The position numbers were made by a program, and so were the translations under genes. Positions 1 through 10,096 of a DNA stretch of 64,000 nucleotides are shown in pieces (within the stretch, counting starts at the first letter, position 1; each line of letters begins with the position of its first letter). Source of the DNA: Bdellovibrionota bacterium (GTDB lineage Bacteria > Bdellovibrionota_C > UBA2361 > JAFLCA01); assembly GCA_044347745.1 (NCBI GenBank), contig JBIKUD010000003.1, positions 17,942-81,941 of the forward strand. The letters are read 5' to 3'. The notes beneath the pieces were generated by a model, which saw nothing but the letters and a program-made list of their open reading frames with translations, had not been told where the DNA came from and did no database searches.

Positions 1-738
1 GGACGGTATCGAATTTTCAACCTCGTAAGTGGTAGTAGGTCATTGGTGACGCCGGCTCAAAAGCAGCTGGTAGGCTACCTCGACCTTTCAGGCACTTTAC
101 CATTTTATCTGCTTCAATATTACGTCTACGCGCGTTCAGATTTGTATCCTCACATAGAGATTCTGGCACTTGAATCAAAGGACTCGGTTCCACCGGGGCT
201 TTCGGCCCTGCTGGTGAACTCAAGCGACGCAACAGTAATTAATAAACTTGCATTGAATCAAAGTCTTGTAGTTCCCTTACACTACAAACGTCCAAACTAT
301 AAGCTTAATCATTACGAGGTGCATTACCCTCATAATCTTGAATTTGATAGATATCGCGAAATTGAAAATTACCTCGACACCCTTGACCTGGCCGCAATTT
401 TAGCGCCCAAAATGAGTGGGAACGCGCAGGAAGATGCGAGTTACTCCGCACAGCCAAAAATGACCTGGAGCGAAGATGCTCAAAGCTTTCAGCTATCTCA
501 ATTGAAGCCAAATAGCTTTTATCGGGTAAACTATAGCTACTTCCCTTACTGGAGCTCGAAAAATGCCTTAGTTTTTAGAGGTTCAGGGGAGCGTATGTTC
601 GTGCTGCCTCAGGCGGAGCAGGTAACTTTCTCCTATTCAGCTTGGAAACACCCCGCCAGTTGGTTAGGGCTTTTTATAAGTCTTGGTGCGTTTGTTATAC
701 TTATTTTGCTAAAAGACGAAGCAAAAAGTCGCCACTAA
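1..738 (+). CDS. hypothetical membrane-anchored protein, C-terminal part (5' end lies outside the window)
   Basis: Frame 1 is open from base 1 to the TAA at 736-738, so the listed ORF 43-738 is only the first in-frame Met. It has a single C-terminal hydrophobic helix (WLGLFISLGAFVILILL) and a basic tail. No family recognised. Confidence 0.45.
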   Translation, partial: GRYRIFNLVSGSRSLVTPAQKQLVGYLDLSGTLPFYLLQYYVYARSDLYPHIEILALESKDSVPPGLSALLVNSSDATVINKLALNQSLVVPLHYKRPNYKLNHYEVHYPHNLEFDRYREIENYLDTLDLAAILAPKMSGNAQEDASYSAQPKMTWSEDAQSFQLSQLKPNSFYRVNYSYFPYWSSKNALVFRGSGERMFVLPQAEQVTFSYSAWKHPASWLGLFISLGAFVILILLKDEAKSRH

Positions 739-1394
739 AGTATATTCTCCTCTGCAAAACTTAAAAAACTTGTTTGGCTAAATATTATATGGTCGAGCAA
801 TTTTATTCCCAAAATCTTCGAGGCTTCTTTTAAACAAGTGGTCACCTTTTTATCTTCTTCACTTGGGGTCAAACTTCCCGAAGGGTGATTATGAGCCACA
901 ATAACAGCACAGGCGCGATCACAAATTGGCTCGCTAAACACCTCTCTTGGATGCACCTGGGTGCTGTTTACGAGACCAATGGTCACAATACGTACGGCTA
1001 TAACTTCGTGAGCCCCGTTTAGTGAAATTGCCACGAAGTGTTCCTGCTTGCGGTCTGCTAAATGTCGCACCAAAGGATACACATCTTTGGCCTCGCTTAT
1101 TTTTACGCCTAAGGGACGAATTCTACGCCGCGCAAATTCAAGAGCCGCCATTATAAGCGCCGCCTTGGCGGGACCCATGCCCGAGACGCTCAGCAATTTT
1201 GAGTTCAAATCAGAGGCTGGCGTTTTATCGATATACTGAAGGCAGTCCTCAGCCACCTGAAGCACGTTTCGTCCCGCGCGGCCTGAACCAAGAATGATGG
1301 CCAAAAGCTCTTTGTCGCTCAGCGCTTGGGGGCCAACTTGATGAAGCCTCTCGCGGGGGCGTTCAGATAAAGGAATTGACGAAAAGGAGTTCAT
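735..1394 (-). CDS. radC: RadC-like JAB/MPN domain protein
   Basis: 219 aa. The N-terminal HhH-like region (LSDKELLAIILGSG) and the C-terminal JAMM motif (VAHNHPSGSLTPSEEDKKVT) are typical of RadC/YeeS. Its stop overlaps the convergent upstream gene by 4 nt. Confidence 0.85.
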   Translation of the reverse strand: MNSFSSIPLSERPRERLHQVGPQALSDKELLAIILGSGRAGRNVLQVAEDCLQYIDKTPASDLNSKLLSVSGMGPAKAALIMAALEFARRRIRPLGVKISEAKDVYPLVRHLADRKQEHFVAISLNGAHEVIAVRIVTIGLVNSTQVHPREVFSEPICDRACAVIVAHNHPSGSLTPSEEDKKVTTCLKEASKILGIKLLDHIIFSQTSFLSFAEENIL

Positions 1395-1445
1395 ACTCTC
1401 TATTCGTCAATTGAGGCTCAAAGTTGCGTGGAGCAGGAAAAAAAA

Positions 1446-2501
1446 CTACTTCCCAAGCAAAGCAAAAGCGCAAAGTTTATATAAGAGTCTGGCCCCCACG
1501 TTTGCGTCCCATTCGGAATCGCCCGGGCTAACTTCGTTAAGGTCAAAGCCCATAATCTTTCGCCCTGACTGCACAACTTTTCTAATAAGGTGTACCGCTT
1601 GTTCATACTCAAGGCCTCCGGGCACAGGGGTTCCCGTGTGCGGGCAAAGTTTAGGGTCTAGTCCATCTATATCAAAGCTTACATACACGTTCTTAGGTAA
1701 CTCAGAAATAATGCGTTCACATTGGGTGTTCCAGTTGGTGCCCGCATATTCGGCCTGCTTAAGCGTAGAATCAAAGAAGGTTGAAATGCGATTTTCAGAT
1801 GAGCGAATTACCTCGACCTCCGCTTCGCAGTAATCGCGAATGCCAACCTGCACCAGTTTTGAAATTTGTTTAAGCTTTAAGGCGTTCCACATAATTGAGG
1901 CATGAGAGAACTCAAAACCCTCGTAGCTCTTGCGTAAATCGCAGTGCGCATCAATTTGCAAAATACCAAAATTTTCGTGGTGTTCTGCCAGTGTGTTTAA
2001 AAATCCAAGTGGAGTACTATGGTCGCCTCCAACGAGTCCCACTACTTTTCCGGCGCCTAAGTAATTTTGAGTCTGCGACTGTACCCAGTGCTGAAGTTCT
2101 TGGCAGGCTGCGTTTATTTCAGCCTGTAATTTATGAAGTGAAGTGTCCCGCTCCAGGTCTATGCCAGATTGTAGGGCCTCAATAACTCGCTCAGCCTTGG
2201 GCCTTAGGGTATCGGAACGAGACAGCCACTTGTCTGAAATTGGGCTAAGCCAAACGCCGTCACGCCAAAGATTTGGATAATCTGAATCGTAGAGGTCTAC
2301 TTGGTAAGAGGCCTTTAAAATGGCCTCAGGCCCTTTATGAGTGCCGCTACCGTAAGAGACAGTTACGTCCCAAGGCACTGGAATGAGCACTATTTTGGCG
2401 CTGGCCTCGGTAGTGGGGAGCCCAAAAATTTGATTGGTGCTTAAGCCCACTGAATTGGGATCAAATTCAACTGTCACGTTATTTTCCTTTGAAGAAGACA
2501 A
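1446..2501 (-). CDS. arginase-family ureohydrolase (agmatinase/formimidoylglutamase-like)
   Basis: 351 aa with Mn-binding signatures of the arginase fold: GGDHSTPLG, QIDAHCDLR and SFDIDGLDP. Apparent TTG start. The subfamily cannot be assigned by eye. Confidence 0.8.
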   Translation of the reverse strand: MSSSKENNVTVEFDPNSVGLSTNQIFGLPTTEASAKIVLIPVPWDVTVSYGSGTHKGPEAILKASYQVDLYDSDYPNLWRDGVWLSPISDKWLSRSDTLRPKAERVIEALQSGIDLERDTSLHKLQAEINAACQELQHWVQSQTQNYLGAGKVVGLVGGDHSTPLGFLNTLAEHHENFGILQIDAHCDLRKSYEGFEFSHASIMWNALKLKQISKLVQVGIRDYCEAEVEVIRSSENRISTFFDSTLKQAEYAGTNWNTQCERIISELPKNVYVSFDIDGLDPKLCPHTGTPVPGGLEYEQAVHLIRKVVQSGRKIMGFDLNEVSPGDSEWDANVGARLLYKLCAFALLGK

Positions 2502-2920
2502 AAAAGTTGATATCGCTTAGGCGCATTCAGGCAGCATACGGCATTTTATTCGGGGTGCAAGCTGTAGCGCCCATCAGTTTTTTGATTGTTCTTTGCCAGC
2601 TTCTTTAATTTCATTTGACTCCAGCAGCAAGACATTAAAATGCCTTTAGTTCACCGTGAGGAAGTTAGTTTTGGCGAAGTCTTGAGCTGAACGCAACGAA
2701 AACGCTTAAACAATTGCAAGGAATTGAGCTCGGAATCGCTTTTTCCTTGTAACTATTTGGGCCACTTATGAGCTCAACTTCCAGCAATTTAAAGCGTTTT
2801 TCGGTTTTTTCCGGCGAACGTTTTATTTTGAACAAAAGTGGCTGCGGCATCGTCTGTACGGGTGACTTCGTAGATAACTGAAATTGTTACAATTATTCTT
2901 TTTCTGTGATGGAGGGATGT

Positions 2921-3565
2921 ATGAAGAGTGTGCCGCCAATTCAATCTGAGTTTTCCCTTCATGTAAGCGAGAACAAAAGGGAAAACAGTCCCGCAATCGT
3001 CAGCAAGCGAAAAAAGGCAATTTCGTTGAGGCTAAAGAGAAATTCTCGCGTCAGGGACCAAGAAGGTCTGGCTAGACCTCTCTATCTAAGGCCTAGCATT
3101 CTCAATGAAGTGCCTCAGGTGCTGTTTTCGTCCCTGGTTGCTTTGGGCATGGCCATAGCGCTGCATCTACATAGTGATTTTTGGTTGCATGAGCTTGGTG
3201 CAGCCTTCCCGGTAGTTTTATGGGGCATGCCCATTCTGATTCTGCTTGGCTCTGTTTTATTGTTTTTTTACCGCCGCTATAATGTGCAGTATCAAATTTT
3301 AGAAAACGGCGTAACGGCCCTGTCGGGTTTTTTGTCACTTACTCAGATTGAAGCAAAGCTTGATTACCGTCAAATTCGGGGCACCGAAATTCATCGCACT
3401 GTGTTTGATAGGCTGGTCGGCATAGGCGATTTGCATGTGTGCGGAGCAACCTCAAGCGGCATTGCCATATCTTTGCGAGGCATTCGAGACCCGTATTACT
3501 ACCAACACATAATTCAACAGCGGTTAAGTCATGTTTCGAAGCCGAGCGCTGTAGCCTTACAATAA
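2921..3565 (+). CDS. membrane protein with bacterial PH (bPH_2/YdbS-like) domain
   Basis: Two TM helices are followed by LDYRQIRGTEIHRTVFDRLVGIGDLHV, which resembles the membrane-flanked bacterial PH domain. The ATG at 2921 follows GGAGGGA (2911-2917), while the longest ORF starts at GTG 2906. Confidence 0.55.
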   Translation: MKSVPPIQSEFSLHVSENKRENSPAIVSKRKKAISLRLKRNSRVRDQEGLARPLYLRPSILNEVPQVLFSSLVALGMAIALHLHSDFWLHELGAAFPVVLWGMPILILLGSVLLFFYRRYNVQYQILENGVTALSGFLSLTQIEAKLDYRQIRGTEIHRTVFDRLVGIGDLHVCGATSSGIAISLRGIRDPYYYQHIIQQRLSHVSKPSAVALQ

Positions 3566-3603
3566 TACTATTACTGCGGCGTTAGCTTAATAGATAGCCG
3601 CTT

Positions 3604-3954
3604 TCAGGCGACGCCTAAGTCAACGAAGGGGAAGCTGAAGGGTCGAGCATAGATTGTAAAGCTCGCTTTGCATTCTGGGCAGGTTCCGGTTCCAGATAGT
3701 ACTCTATTGCGCTGAGCATTGCGAAACGATGCCACAAATAGCGTTCCTAATAGGCCCAAGGGCACCAGCACAAAATGAAGAATAGGAATAAATGTCAGCA
3801 AGATAGTCAGAGCCAGACCGCCAATAACGGTCCATATGGTTCGTTTTAGCCGAGTAAGACTCGAAAAAGTTTCTACTTCCAAGCTTCCAGCGCTTTTGGA
3901 GGTAGCGCCGCAAAGTTCGATCCGCACATTTTGAACGCTTATTCCAGTATGCAT
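3604..3954 (-). CDS. small hypothetical membrane protein with a C-terminal CxxC element
   Basis: 116 aa with two hydrophobic helices (WTVIGGLALTILLTFIPILHFVLVPLGLLGTLFV) followed by GTCPECKASF. No family recognised. Confidence 0.35.
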   Translation of the reverse strand: MHTGISVQNVRIELCGATSKSAGSLEVETFSSLTRLKRTIWTVIGGLALTILLTFIPILHFVLVPLGLLGTLFVASFRNAQRNRVLSGTGTCPECKASFTIYARPFSFPFVDLGVA

Positions 3955-4067
3955 AATAAAATTCTATTGCGACGAAGGTGACACCGCAAGCGAATGAAAA
4001 CGCTCAATCTGACTTAATGTGTGCGCAGAGGCAGGTTTCGAACTTTATTCAGCTAAGTTACGCTGGT

Positions 4068-6290
4068 TTACGGTAGTTCATTTCTAATTTCTAACAAGTT
4101 GTTGACCACGATATCCTTGGCCACTTGTATCGCTTGAATTGCATCGGCTTTATTTTGATTCTCTTTGGCAATTTGCTGCAGAAGCTGTGCCTTCTTCTTG
4201 CAATGTGAATTTGTCTTTTTCTTTTTTGCTTGTTTACAAAGCTGTTTTTCAGTTTTGTATTTTTTATTGAGAGAAGAAATTTTGCTGCGTGTAATGTCCC
4301 GGTAATTCATGTTGATATTAAGCGCTGTTGTTGCACGCGAAAGGTCCTCTGCCCGCACTGCTTCATTTGAGGGCAGAATAATTGGACTAGAAGTAAGCAC
4401 TTCCAGAAATTTTGGCAATGCTTTGGTGATGCCCTTTAGGTGAGGATGAGCAGGATTTAAGGGGCTCTTAATCTTCGGAATTTTACCCGTATGATTGGGA
4501 GTAATTGCTTGGGCTTTGGCAAGTAAGGGCTCCACTAACGTTTTAAGTTCATCTCTCGATTCGACTGCAGGCGAGAGCGCTGTTGAGCAGCCCATGATAT
4601 CGTAAATGTAAACTGCGTTGTCAGAGGCAACTAATGCGATGTCAGCGCGGTTCTGGCTACGGGTATCTAGCGCCGCTACCTGCTTTCCGAATGAGGAGCC
4701 AATTGGTCCATTAAAATAGAACATGGCCCCGCGTTGTCCCGTAATGGGGGATTCTATTGGAGTGAGCATTGCGGCATAGTTTCCGCCGGGAGCGCCAACA
4801 AGGAGGTCGGGGCTTAAGTCTGCGTTTATATCGCCAAGGCCGCTCACGGAGGTCCCAAACAGCTCGTCGGGTTGGTCGCCAAAATCGAATCCGTGTCGCT
4901 CACCATCGAAAGTGTAATAGGCCACATGTCCTGCTTCTGGCTTAAATTCGGGGAGCTCACCAGGAGGCAAGTTCCATCCGCCAGGGCCTCGGGGGCGATT
5001 ACGTGGGCTTCCTACCGCATAAACCGTTCGACTATCTGGCCCTCGGCCTATTACTGAGACGGAGCCGTTTTCGCCCACATGACTGTCGCGAACTAATGTA
5101 GTTCCCAATCCCAAATAATTTCCCTGAGGATCGAAAAAGAGCAGTCCCCCATAGTTACCAAGTCCAATGCTTGGGCTAGAAAGTTCTGCAGTGATTGCGT
5201 AACCCGAACCCAGGGGATCGGCCACTACTTGGGTTATGGCGCCAAGCTGAATTCTGGCCGGGGGAAGACCTAAAATGCTTGGGTCGTTTGCATCCGCCGG
5301 AATGGGATCGCTTGGAAAGGGCACTCTAGAAACGAGATTCATCGCTGCGGAGTTAGGTCCTTGAAGAATCAATGAGCCTGGGTCAAGCACACTCCAATAA
5401 TACGGACAGGTAGGGCAGTGCTCGAATGCCAGCACCGGACGTGGTTCGTATCGAAGCTGGCAGGCACCAGAAATAACTAAGGGTGTTCCCGAAGAGTTCA
5501 GCGGCTGACAGGTGTCTTGTAAGGTTCCAACGCACTGGGCGACGGTTGGAAATCCAGGAACTACATCGCAGACTGGAAGCCCAGAGGGTTGCCCAAGTGA
5601 ATTAGTTCCTACCCGCACTATTTGCATCTCGGGCTGACCGCTAGGCAGCAGGTGGTACTGATAATAATTGGGATTTGGGTTACAGGCGTTTATTTGCTCG
5701 CCTGGGAAAGCGACGAACATTTTGTCTGCTGTTGCGCCTATGGCACGGCCGTGCTGCGCGTTTGGTGTTACACTTCCATTACATATCGGCTGTTGCCAAC
5801 TCGAAAGGGCCCAGTTCGATGTATAAAATGGCGCGGATGTTTGTTTGGGGGGCAGAAGGGAGTCATGTCCAAGATATTGACTGCGAGCCGTGTTCTCAAC
5901 TCCATCAGATAACCTAAAAAAGCGAACTGAATCGAATGGAGCTGGGCTTACGCTATCCCCTTGTGCATTTATCGGCATCCAATACGAAACGGCCAGATCG
6001 CCTTGGGAAAACGCGACTGAAGTATTAACGTTTGAGGGAACGGGAACTGAAAAATTCTCCTGAATTGCAATTCCATTAGGGCTTCGACTTGCCATGTATA
6101 CTTTCAGGTCTTGAGTGGTGCGAAGCGCAAGATACTGCGAATGCCCTGGTTCATGTACAGATGACCACATTTGCGTGGCGGAAACTGGAAGTTGTTGCAC
6201 CAGTGGGCACTGGGCCTCAGCCTTAGCGACAAAAAGGAGCAGGAGAGCGGCGAGGGAACGTGGTAGTTTCATAAGCACTTTAAAACCCAT
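4068..6290 (-). CDS. secreted FG-GAP (integrin-alpha-like) repeat protein with Lys-rich C-terminal helix
   Basis: 740 aa. It has a signal peptide (LAALLLLFVAKAEA|Q), a Cys-rich N-terminal half, and FG-GAP-type motifs (FGTSVSGLGDINADLSPDLLVGAPGGN; FGKQVAALD). The C-terminal ~90 aa are very Lys-rich and look like coiled coil. Confidence 0.65.
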   Translation of the reverse strand: MGFKVLMKLPRSLAALLLLFVAKAEAQCPLVQQLPVSATQMWSSVHEPGHSQYLALRTTQDLKVYMASRSPNGIAIQENFSVPVPSNVNTSVAFSQGDLAVSYWMPINAQGDSVSPAPFDSVRFFRLSDGVENTARSQYLGHDSLLPPKQTSAPFYTSNWALSSWQQPICNGSVTPNAQHGRAIGATADKMFVAFPGEQINACNPNPNYYQYHLLPSGQPEMQIVRVGTNSLGQPSGLPVCDVVPGFPTVAQCVGTLQDTCQPLNSSGTPLVISGACQLRYEPRPVLAFEHCPTCPYYWSVLDPGSLILQGPNSAAMNLVSRVPFPSDPIPADANDPSILGLPPARIQLGAITQVVADPLGSGYAITAELSSPSIGLGNYGGLLFFDPQGNYLGLGTTLVRDSHVGENGSVSVIGRGPDSRTVYAVGSPRNRPRGPGGWNLPPGELPEFKPEAGHVAYYTFDGERHGFDFGDQPDELFGTSVSGLGDINADLSPDLLVGAPGGNYAAMLTPIESPITGQRGAMFYFNGPIGSSFGKQVAALDTRSQNRADIALVASDNAVYIYDIMGCSTALSPAVESRDELKTLVEPLLAKAQAITPNHTGKIPKIKSPLNPAHPHLKGITKALPKFLEVLTSSPIILPSNEAVRAEDLSRATTALNINMNYRDITRSKISSLNKKYKTEKQLCKQAKKKKTNSHCKKKAQLLQQIAKENQNKADAIQAIQVAKDIVVNNLLEIRNELP

Positions 6291-6484
6291 TTAACCTTCA
6301 TCAAAGGTTATGAGGAGATTTTGAAGTTTGGTGATGTATAAAAGGGAATAATTCCCACACTATGAGTGAGTTTCTTCCGGCAGGGTGCTTGCTGCCGAAA
6401 AATACGTTGTGGCGGTCTATCTGTCTGAAATGATTGGGTCTTTAGCTCTTGGATGAGGCAATTGGGCGAGGTAGTTACTACTCT

Positions 6485-7183
6485 CTACTCAATTGCATAC
6501 GAAGCCTTGGTTACTACTCTGACCTTTTTCATTACGCTGCTGGTGGCTGTATATTCAGCATCGCTAAATGGAGAGGAGATACTAAAGAGGCCTTGAGAAA
6601 CTTGTTTTACTTTGCCAAGACGCACTCCGGTATCTTTGGCCAAAGATTCGGCTGCTGCCGTGGCTGACTGTGAAGCTGCTTTTAGCATCTCGGGTTTAAT
6701 GGAGTTAAGTCCAGTAAAATAATAGGCCACTTCGCTTCCTTCTAGAATCACTCCCTGACTAAGCAGGGTGTCGGTAGCTTCGGATGCAGTGGTAACTAAG
6801 TCTACATTAGCAGTAGATACCAAAATGGAACCTCGGCCCGAAAATCTTGGGGCACGGCTATTGTTGGTGTAGTTATCGGCGGTTCTGTCAGACACGGAGA
6901 GGGGGGTCTTTTGAATTTCAGATTTAGAAAAACCCCGAGCCACTAAAAAAGAAATTATGTTATCGTTCATTTGGGAAGAAATTGAAAAAAGCTGTTTCAT
7001 ATCTTCTGCTGATACCACATAGCGAATTTGCCAAGTTGCTTGGTCGGATTTTACGGTGCGCTCGTCTAAGCCTCGCACTTCTATGCTATCGCCAAGTTTT
7101 CTAAACTCTAGAATTCCATCGCGGAGTATTAGCGCTGAACCGAGGAAAGAGAGGGCCACAATCGTGGTCACAAATAATTTCAT
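6485..7183 (-). CDS. SIMPL (DUF541)-like periplasmic protein
   Basis: 232 aa with an N-terminal signal/anchor. The SIEVRGLDERTVKSDQATWQIRYVV opening and the overall size are typical of SIMPL-domain proteins. This is a pattern-level call only. Confidence 0.5.
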   Translation of the reverse strand: MKLFVTTIVALSFLGSALILRDGILEFRKLGDSIEVRGLDERTVKSDQATWQIRYVVSAEDMKQLFSISSQMNDNIISFLVARGFSKSEIQKTPLSVSDRTADNYTNNSRAPRFSGRGSILVSTANVDLVTTASEATDTLLSQGVILEGSEVAYYFTGLNSIKPEMLKAASQSATAAAESLAKDTGVRLGKVKQVSQGLFSISSPFSDAEYTATSSVMKKVRVVTKASYAIE

Positions 7184-7304
7184 AAAAAGAATGCCGTTCG
7201 AAAATAGATAAGAGCTTTTGGCTCAGCATTGAGCAGGGCTAGGGGTAGAGGTAGCGTATTTCAGTGTATGCAAGAGCACAATTGGTGCCGCCTAAAAAAG
7301 AGCG

Positions 7305-8249
7305 ATGCCAACTTCGACATTTTTTGGGTTGAAGCTAGGTTCCTCTCAAAGTAAAGTACGGCGAATGGAATGTGTGTTTGCCCATGCCCCAGCTGAGTTT
7401 GCAGGCGTAGATACAAGCCGCCCAGAATTTCATGGCCTTACTATGCCCCGGGAGGCGCGTGGTGAGATTTTTGATCATCTGGTTGAATCGCCATCTATTC
7501 AGGGCATTCGCATGGTGCGGGTGTACGTGCCGGCCCAGCGTTTTCTTACAGAACCTCTATCTATTATCGTTGTAAATGATGGGCACAAAGCCTTTGAGGC
7601 TGCACAGGTGCGAGGCCACCTGGATGCGCCTTGGCTGCAAACCGGTACTCTGCAGCTTCACAGAATAATGGATGGGCTCTTGTGTCAGGGGAAAATACGG
7701 CCAGCTATTGTGGTAGCGATTGGTCCAAGAGGGTCCTCTCGATTAAACGATTTTATGCCGCATAAAGAAAAAGTTGAGGGCGTTTCGATTGGTGGGCATG
7801 GCGAGCAGTATTTGGATTTTTTAGAGCATGATATCCTTCCTTTTGTGGCACGCGAGTTTGGCCATTTTGGCCTGAGTAGTCGCGCCGAAGATACAGCCGT
7901 GGTGGGTATGTCCATGGGCGGTTTTGCGGCGTTATTTGCTCGTCTTATGCGCCCTCACATTTTTGGTTCGGCCCTTGCCCTGTCTCCATCCGCTTGGGTG
8001 GAAAACGGGGTGCTCACTACTATGGCTACGGAACGCACGTTGGGGCAGGGTGGTCGAATCGCAATTGATATTGGTGAATCTGAGGCACCGAATAACAAAA
8101 ATTATTGTTCGCAGCTTTTTGCTGCGCTTCGTGAGCATCAAGGGCAAACGGAAATTTTAGCTGAGGTTGTACAGGGGCAGCACCATGAGGATAGCTGGAG
8201 GGAAAGGGTTCCGCGTTTGCTTGAGTTTGTGCTTACTCGAACGCCTTAA
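7305..8249 (+). CDS. putative esterase (esterase D / enterochelin-esterase-like alpha/beta hydrolase)
   Basis: 314 aa with nucleophile-elbow motif VVGMSMGGFAALF and a later HHEDSW segment. An alternative start is Met21 at 7365. Confidence 0.6.
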   Translation: MPTSTFFGLKLGSSQSKVRRMECVFAHAPAEFAGVDTSRPEFHGLTMPREARGEIFDHLVESPSIQGIRMVRVYVPAQRFLTEPLSIIVVNDGHKAFEAAQVRGHLDAPWLQTGTLQLHRIMDGLLCQGKIRPAIVVAIGPRGSSRLNDFMPHKEKVEGVSIGGHGEQYLDFLEHDILPFVAREFGHFGLSSRAEDTAVVGMSMGGFAALFARLMRPHIFGSALALSPSAWVENGVLTTMATERTLGQGGRIAIDIGESEAPNNKNYCSQLFAALREHQGQTEILAEVVQGQHHEDSWRERVPRLLEFVLTRTP

Positions 8250-8280
8250 AGGTATTAATCACTCTGTCGTGGAAAGTTCT

Positions 8281-8835
8281 ATGCGCATTGTAAGTTGCCT
8301 TATTGTGGTGAGTTTGCTTGTTGGTTGTGTCGGAGCATCTCAAAATATAAGTTTTTCGCCCAATTGGAATAGCGAAGAAGCAGGGCTGCCTCCAATAAAG
8401 GCGGATAATTTGCTTGGGGATACTGTGTCGCTGCCTGAAGATTTGAAAGGTTCCCGCACACTTCTTATTATCGGATTTAGTCATGCTCAAAAGGAGTGCA
8501 TCAAAGAGTGGCTGCGATCAGCAGATTCGATTGCAAAAACAAATCAAAATCTCGTGTCCTATCGCTTGGCGGTAATTGAGCCGTCTTCATTTCTTTTACG
8601 CTCCATAATTCGAAATGGTATGCGACGAGGTATTCTTGAAGAGGCTGAACGCGCGCGCATGTTAACTGTTTTCACTGAAGCTGCCACGTTTGCGAAAAGC
8701 ATTGGATTTGAGAGCGTGGCTGAGTGCGGCGTAGTAATGCTGGATAAGTCCGGTCGGGTTGTATGGAGGGCGCAAGGTCCATTCACGCCTGCATTAGAGT
8801 ATCAAATTGCCGCTAGCTTGCAGCCAGCGATGTAA
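8281..8835 (+). CDS. hypothetical lipoprotein
   Basis: The internal ATG at 8281 gives MRIVSCLIVVSLLVGC|VG, a lipobox-like signal. The longest ORF (8167) would overlap the esterase gene by 83 nt, so it was trimmed. No family recognised. Confidence 0.45.
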   Translation: MRIVSCLIVVSLLVGCVGASQNISFSPNWNSEEAGLPPIKADNLLGDTVSLPEDLKGSRTLLIIGFSHAQKECIKEWLRSADSIAKTNQNLVSYRLAVIEPSSFLLRSIIRNGMRRGILEEAERARMLTVFTEAATFAKSIGFESVAECGVVMLDKSGRVVWRAQGPFTPALEYQIAASLQPAM

Positions 8836-9005
8836 CTAGCTTAATTTTATTGTATTTTTACCTGTCTTTTAGGGCACACGTCCTTCATAGGCTCTTTGTT
8901 AAGGACTCTTACAGGAGTATTGTTGAATAAATCAAATCGAGGGCAAGTAGTCTTCGGGTTTGCTTCCTCTCTCTTGAAAACGGCAGAGGGAGATTCCTCT
9001 AAGGA

Positions 9006-10013
9006 TTGTGTGTGGTAGCTCCCAACTTTGACGGCCGAGATTCGGATAGAAATTCGCTTTTCGGTGCAGCACCTTTGGTGCCAACTTTTTCCGTTCATAA
9101 TGACTTTATTGCGCCTGAAACATCTAAGTTAGATCGAACTAAGAGGCCAGAGGCTGGTGGGCTTGAAAATTTGCAAGCTTGGGCTGGCGATGTAGCGCGG
9201 ATTACGTTGCGTGTGGGGGGTCAACCGTCCTCCTCGTTATCGGAGTATGTGGGCGCCGCGAGCTCCGCAGAGCTTAGGGCCGATGTTGCGGGCCAAAAAT
9301 TTCGTGGAGCTTACTTCCCGCGCTTATTTAGTTTCCAAGATACAGTAAAAATAAGCCTCAACACTCCAAGTTATGAACCTCAAAGCGGCTGGAGCGGAAT
9401 GTTTGAGGTAAAAGCCCATCACCGTGATGGCAGTGGGGGGCGTGAAGTTTTTGGATTGCGCGCAAACGCCAACACCGTGAGTGACGGTTCGGAGCGAGCT
9501 CTTGAATTTTTTAGGGGCTGTGTACTTGGAGCTTATGTAGGACTTCGTTACAAGGGGGCAGATATGCTTCGCGATCGGTCCAGCTTTATGCCGGACCTTG
9601 CTCCCACGCGACAGGGACTTTTTAATACTGTCGAGAAAAGCGACATTACAGCTTTTGCTAGGCGTCTTATTGGTTTTTCCGGACCTGGGCAAAGTGTGGT
9701 AGAGGAGCCGATTTCGGCTGTATTGCGCCCTAAAGTTGGGCTGCCAGGAGAACTGCGGGAAAAGGTGCCTGGAGCATTTGAAACTTCTGCTGGTTTGGTC
9801 GGGTTACAAATTTCGGGGGGCCGGCGAAATGAGGCTCTCAATATGTTCCTAAATTTAGAGAGCGCTACCCTGAGTATAGCCGCAGCTTCTCCTGGGCAGT
9901 TTGAGGCCAAGCGTGGGAGCCGAACTTTTATTTCGGCCGTTAACTCTCTTGATACAGCCGCGCTTTTGATGAAAGGCATGGCGCTTGGATATCTTGCTGG
10001 CCTTGGTAAATAG
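9006..10013 (+). CDS. hypothetical protein (start uncertain)
   Basis: This is the longest ORF in the region (335 aa) and has ordinary amino-acid composition. It has no in-frame ATG for the first ~130 codons, so a TTG or GTG start is implied. No signal peptide and no recognised motifs. Confidence 0.3.
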   Translation: MCVVAPNFDGRDSDRNSLFGAAPLVPTFSVHNDFIAPETSKLDRTKRPEAGGLENLQAWAGDVARITLRVGGQPSSSLSEYVGAASSAELRADVAGQKFRGAYFPRLFSFQDTVKISLNTPSYEPQSGWSGMFEVKAHHRDGSGGREVFGLRANANTVSDGSERALEFFRGCVLGAYVGLRYKGADMLRDRSSFMPDLAPTRQGLFNTVEKSDITAFARRLIGFSGPGQSVVEEPISAVLRPKVGLPGELREKVPGAFETSAGLVGLQISGGRRNEALNMFLNLESATLSIAAASPGQFEAKRGSRTFISAVNSLDTAALLMKGMALGYLAGLGK

Positions 10014-10096
10014 CGGCCGAAACTTGCGCCATCTGAGGGTTCTTTGTAGATTCAGCCCCTCTTTTAGAAGGGCAGCTTCGTGCGCGTCGTGTTGAT

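Noticed and set aside
8167-8280. Longest-ORF start for the lipoprotein gene, and similar N-terminal extensions at 39271-39345, 41932-42015, 42334-42393 and 33404-33475.
   Set aside because: These extensions overlap the neighbouring gene or lack signal-peptide logic. Internal ATGs give clean signal peptides or lipoboxes, or ATGA coupling, so the shorter models were preferred.
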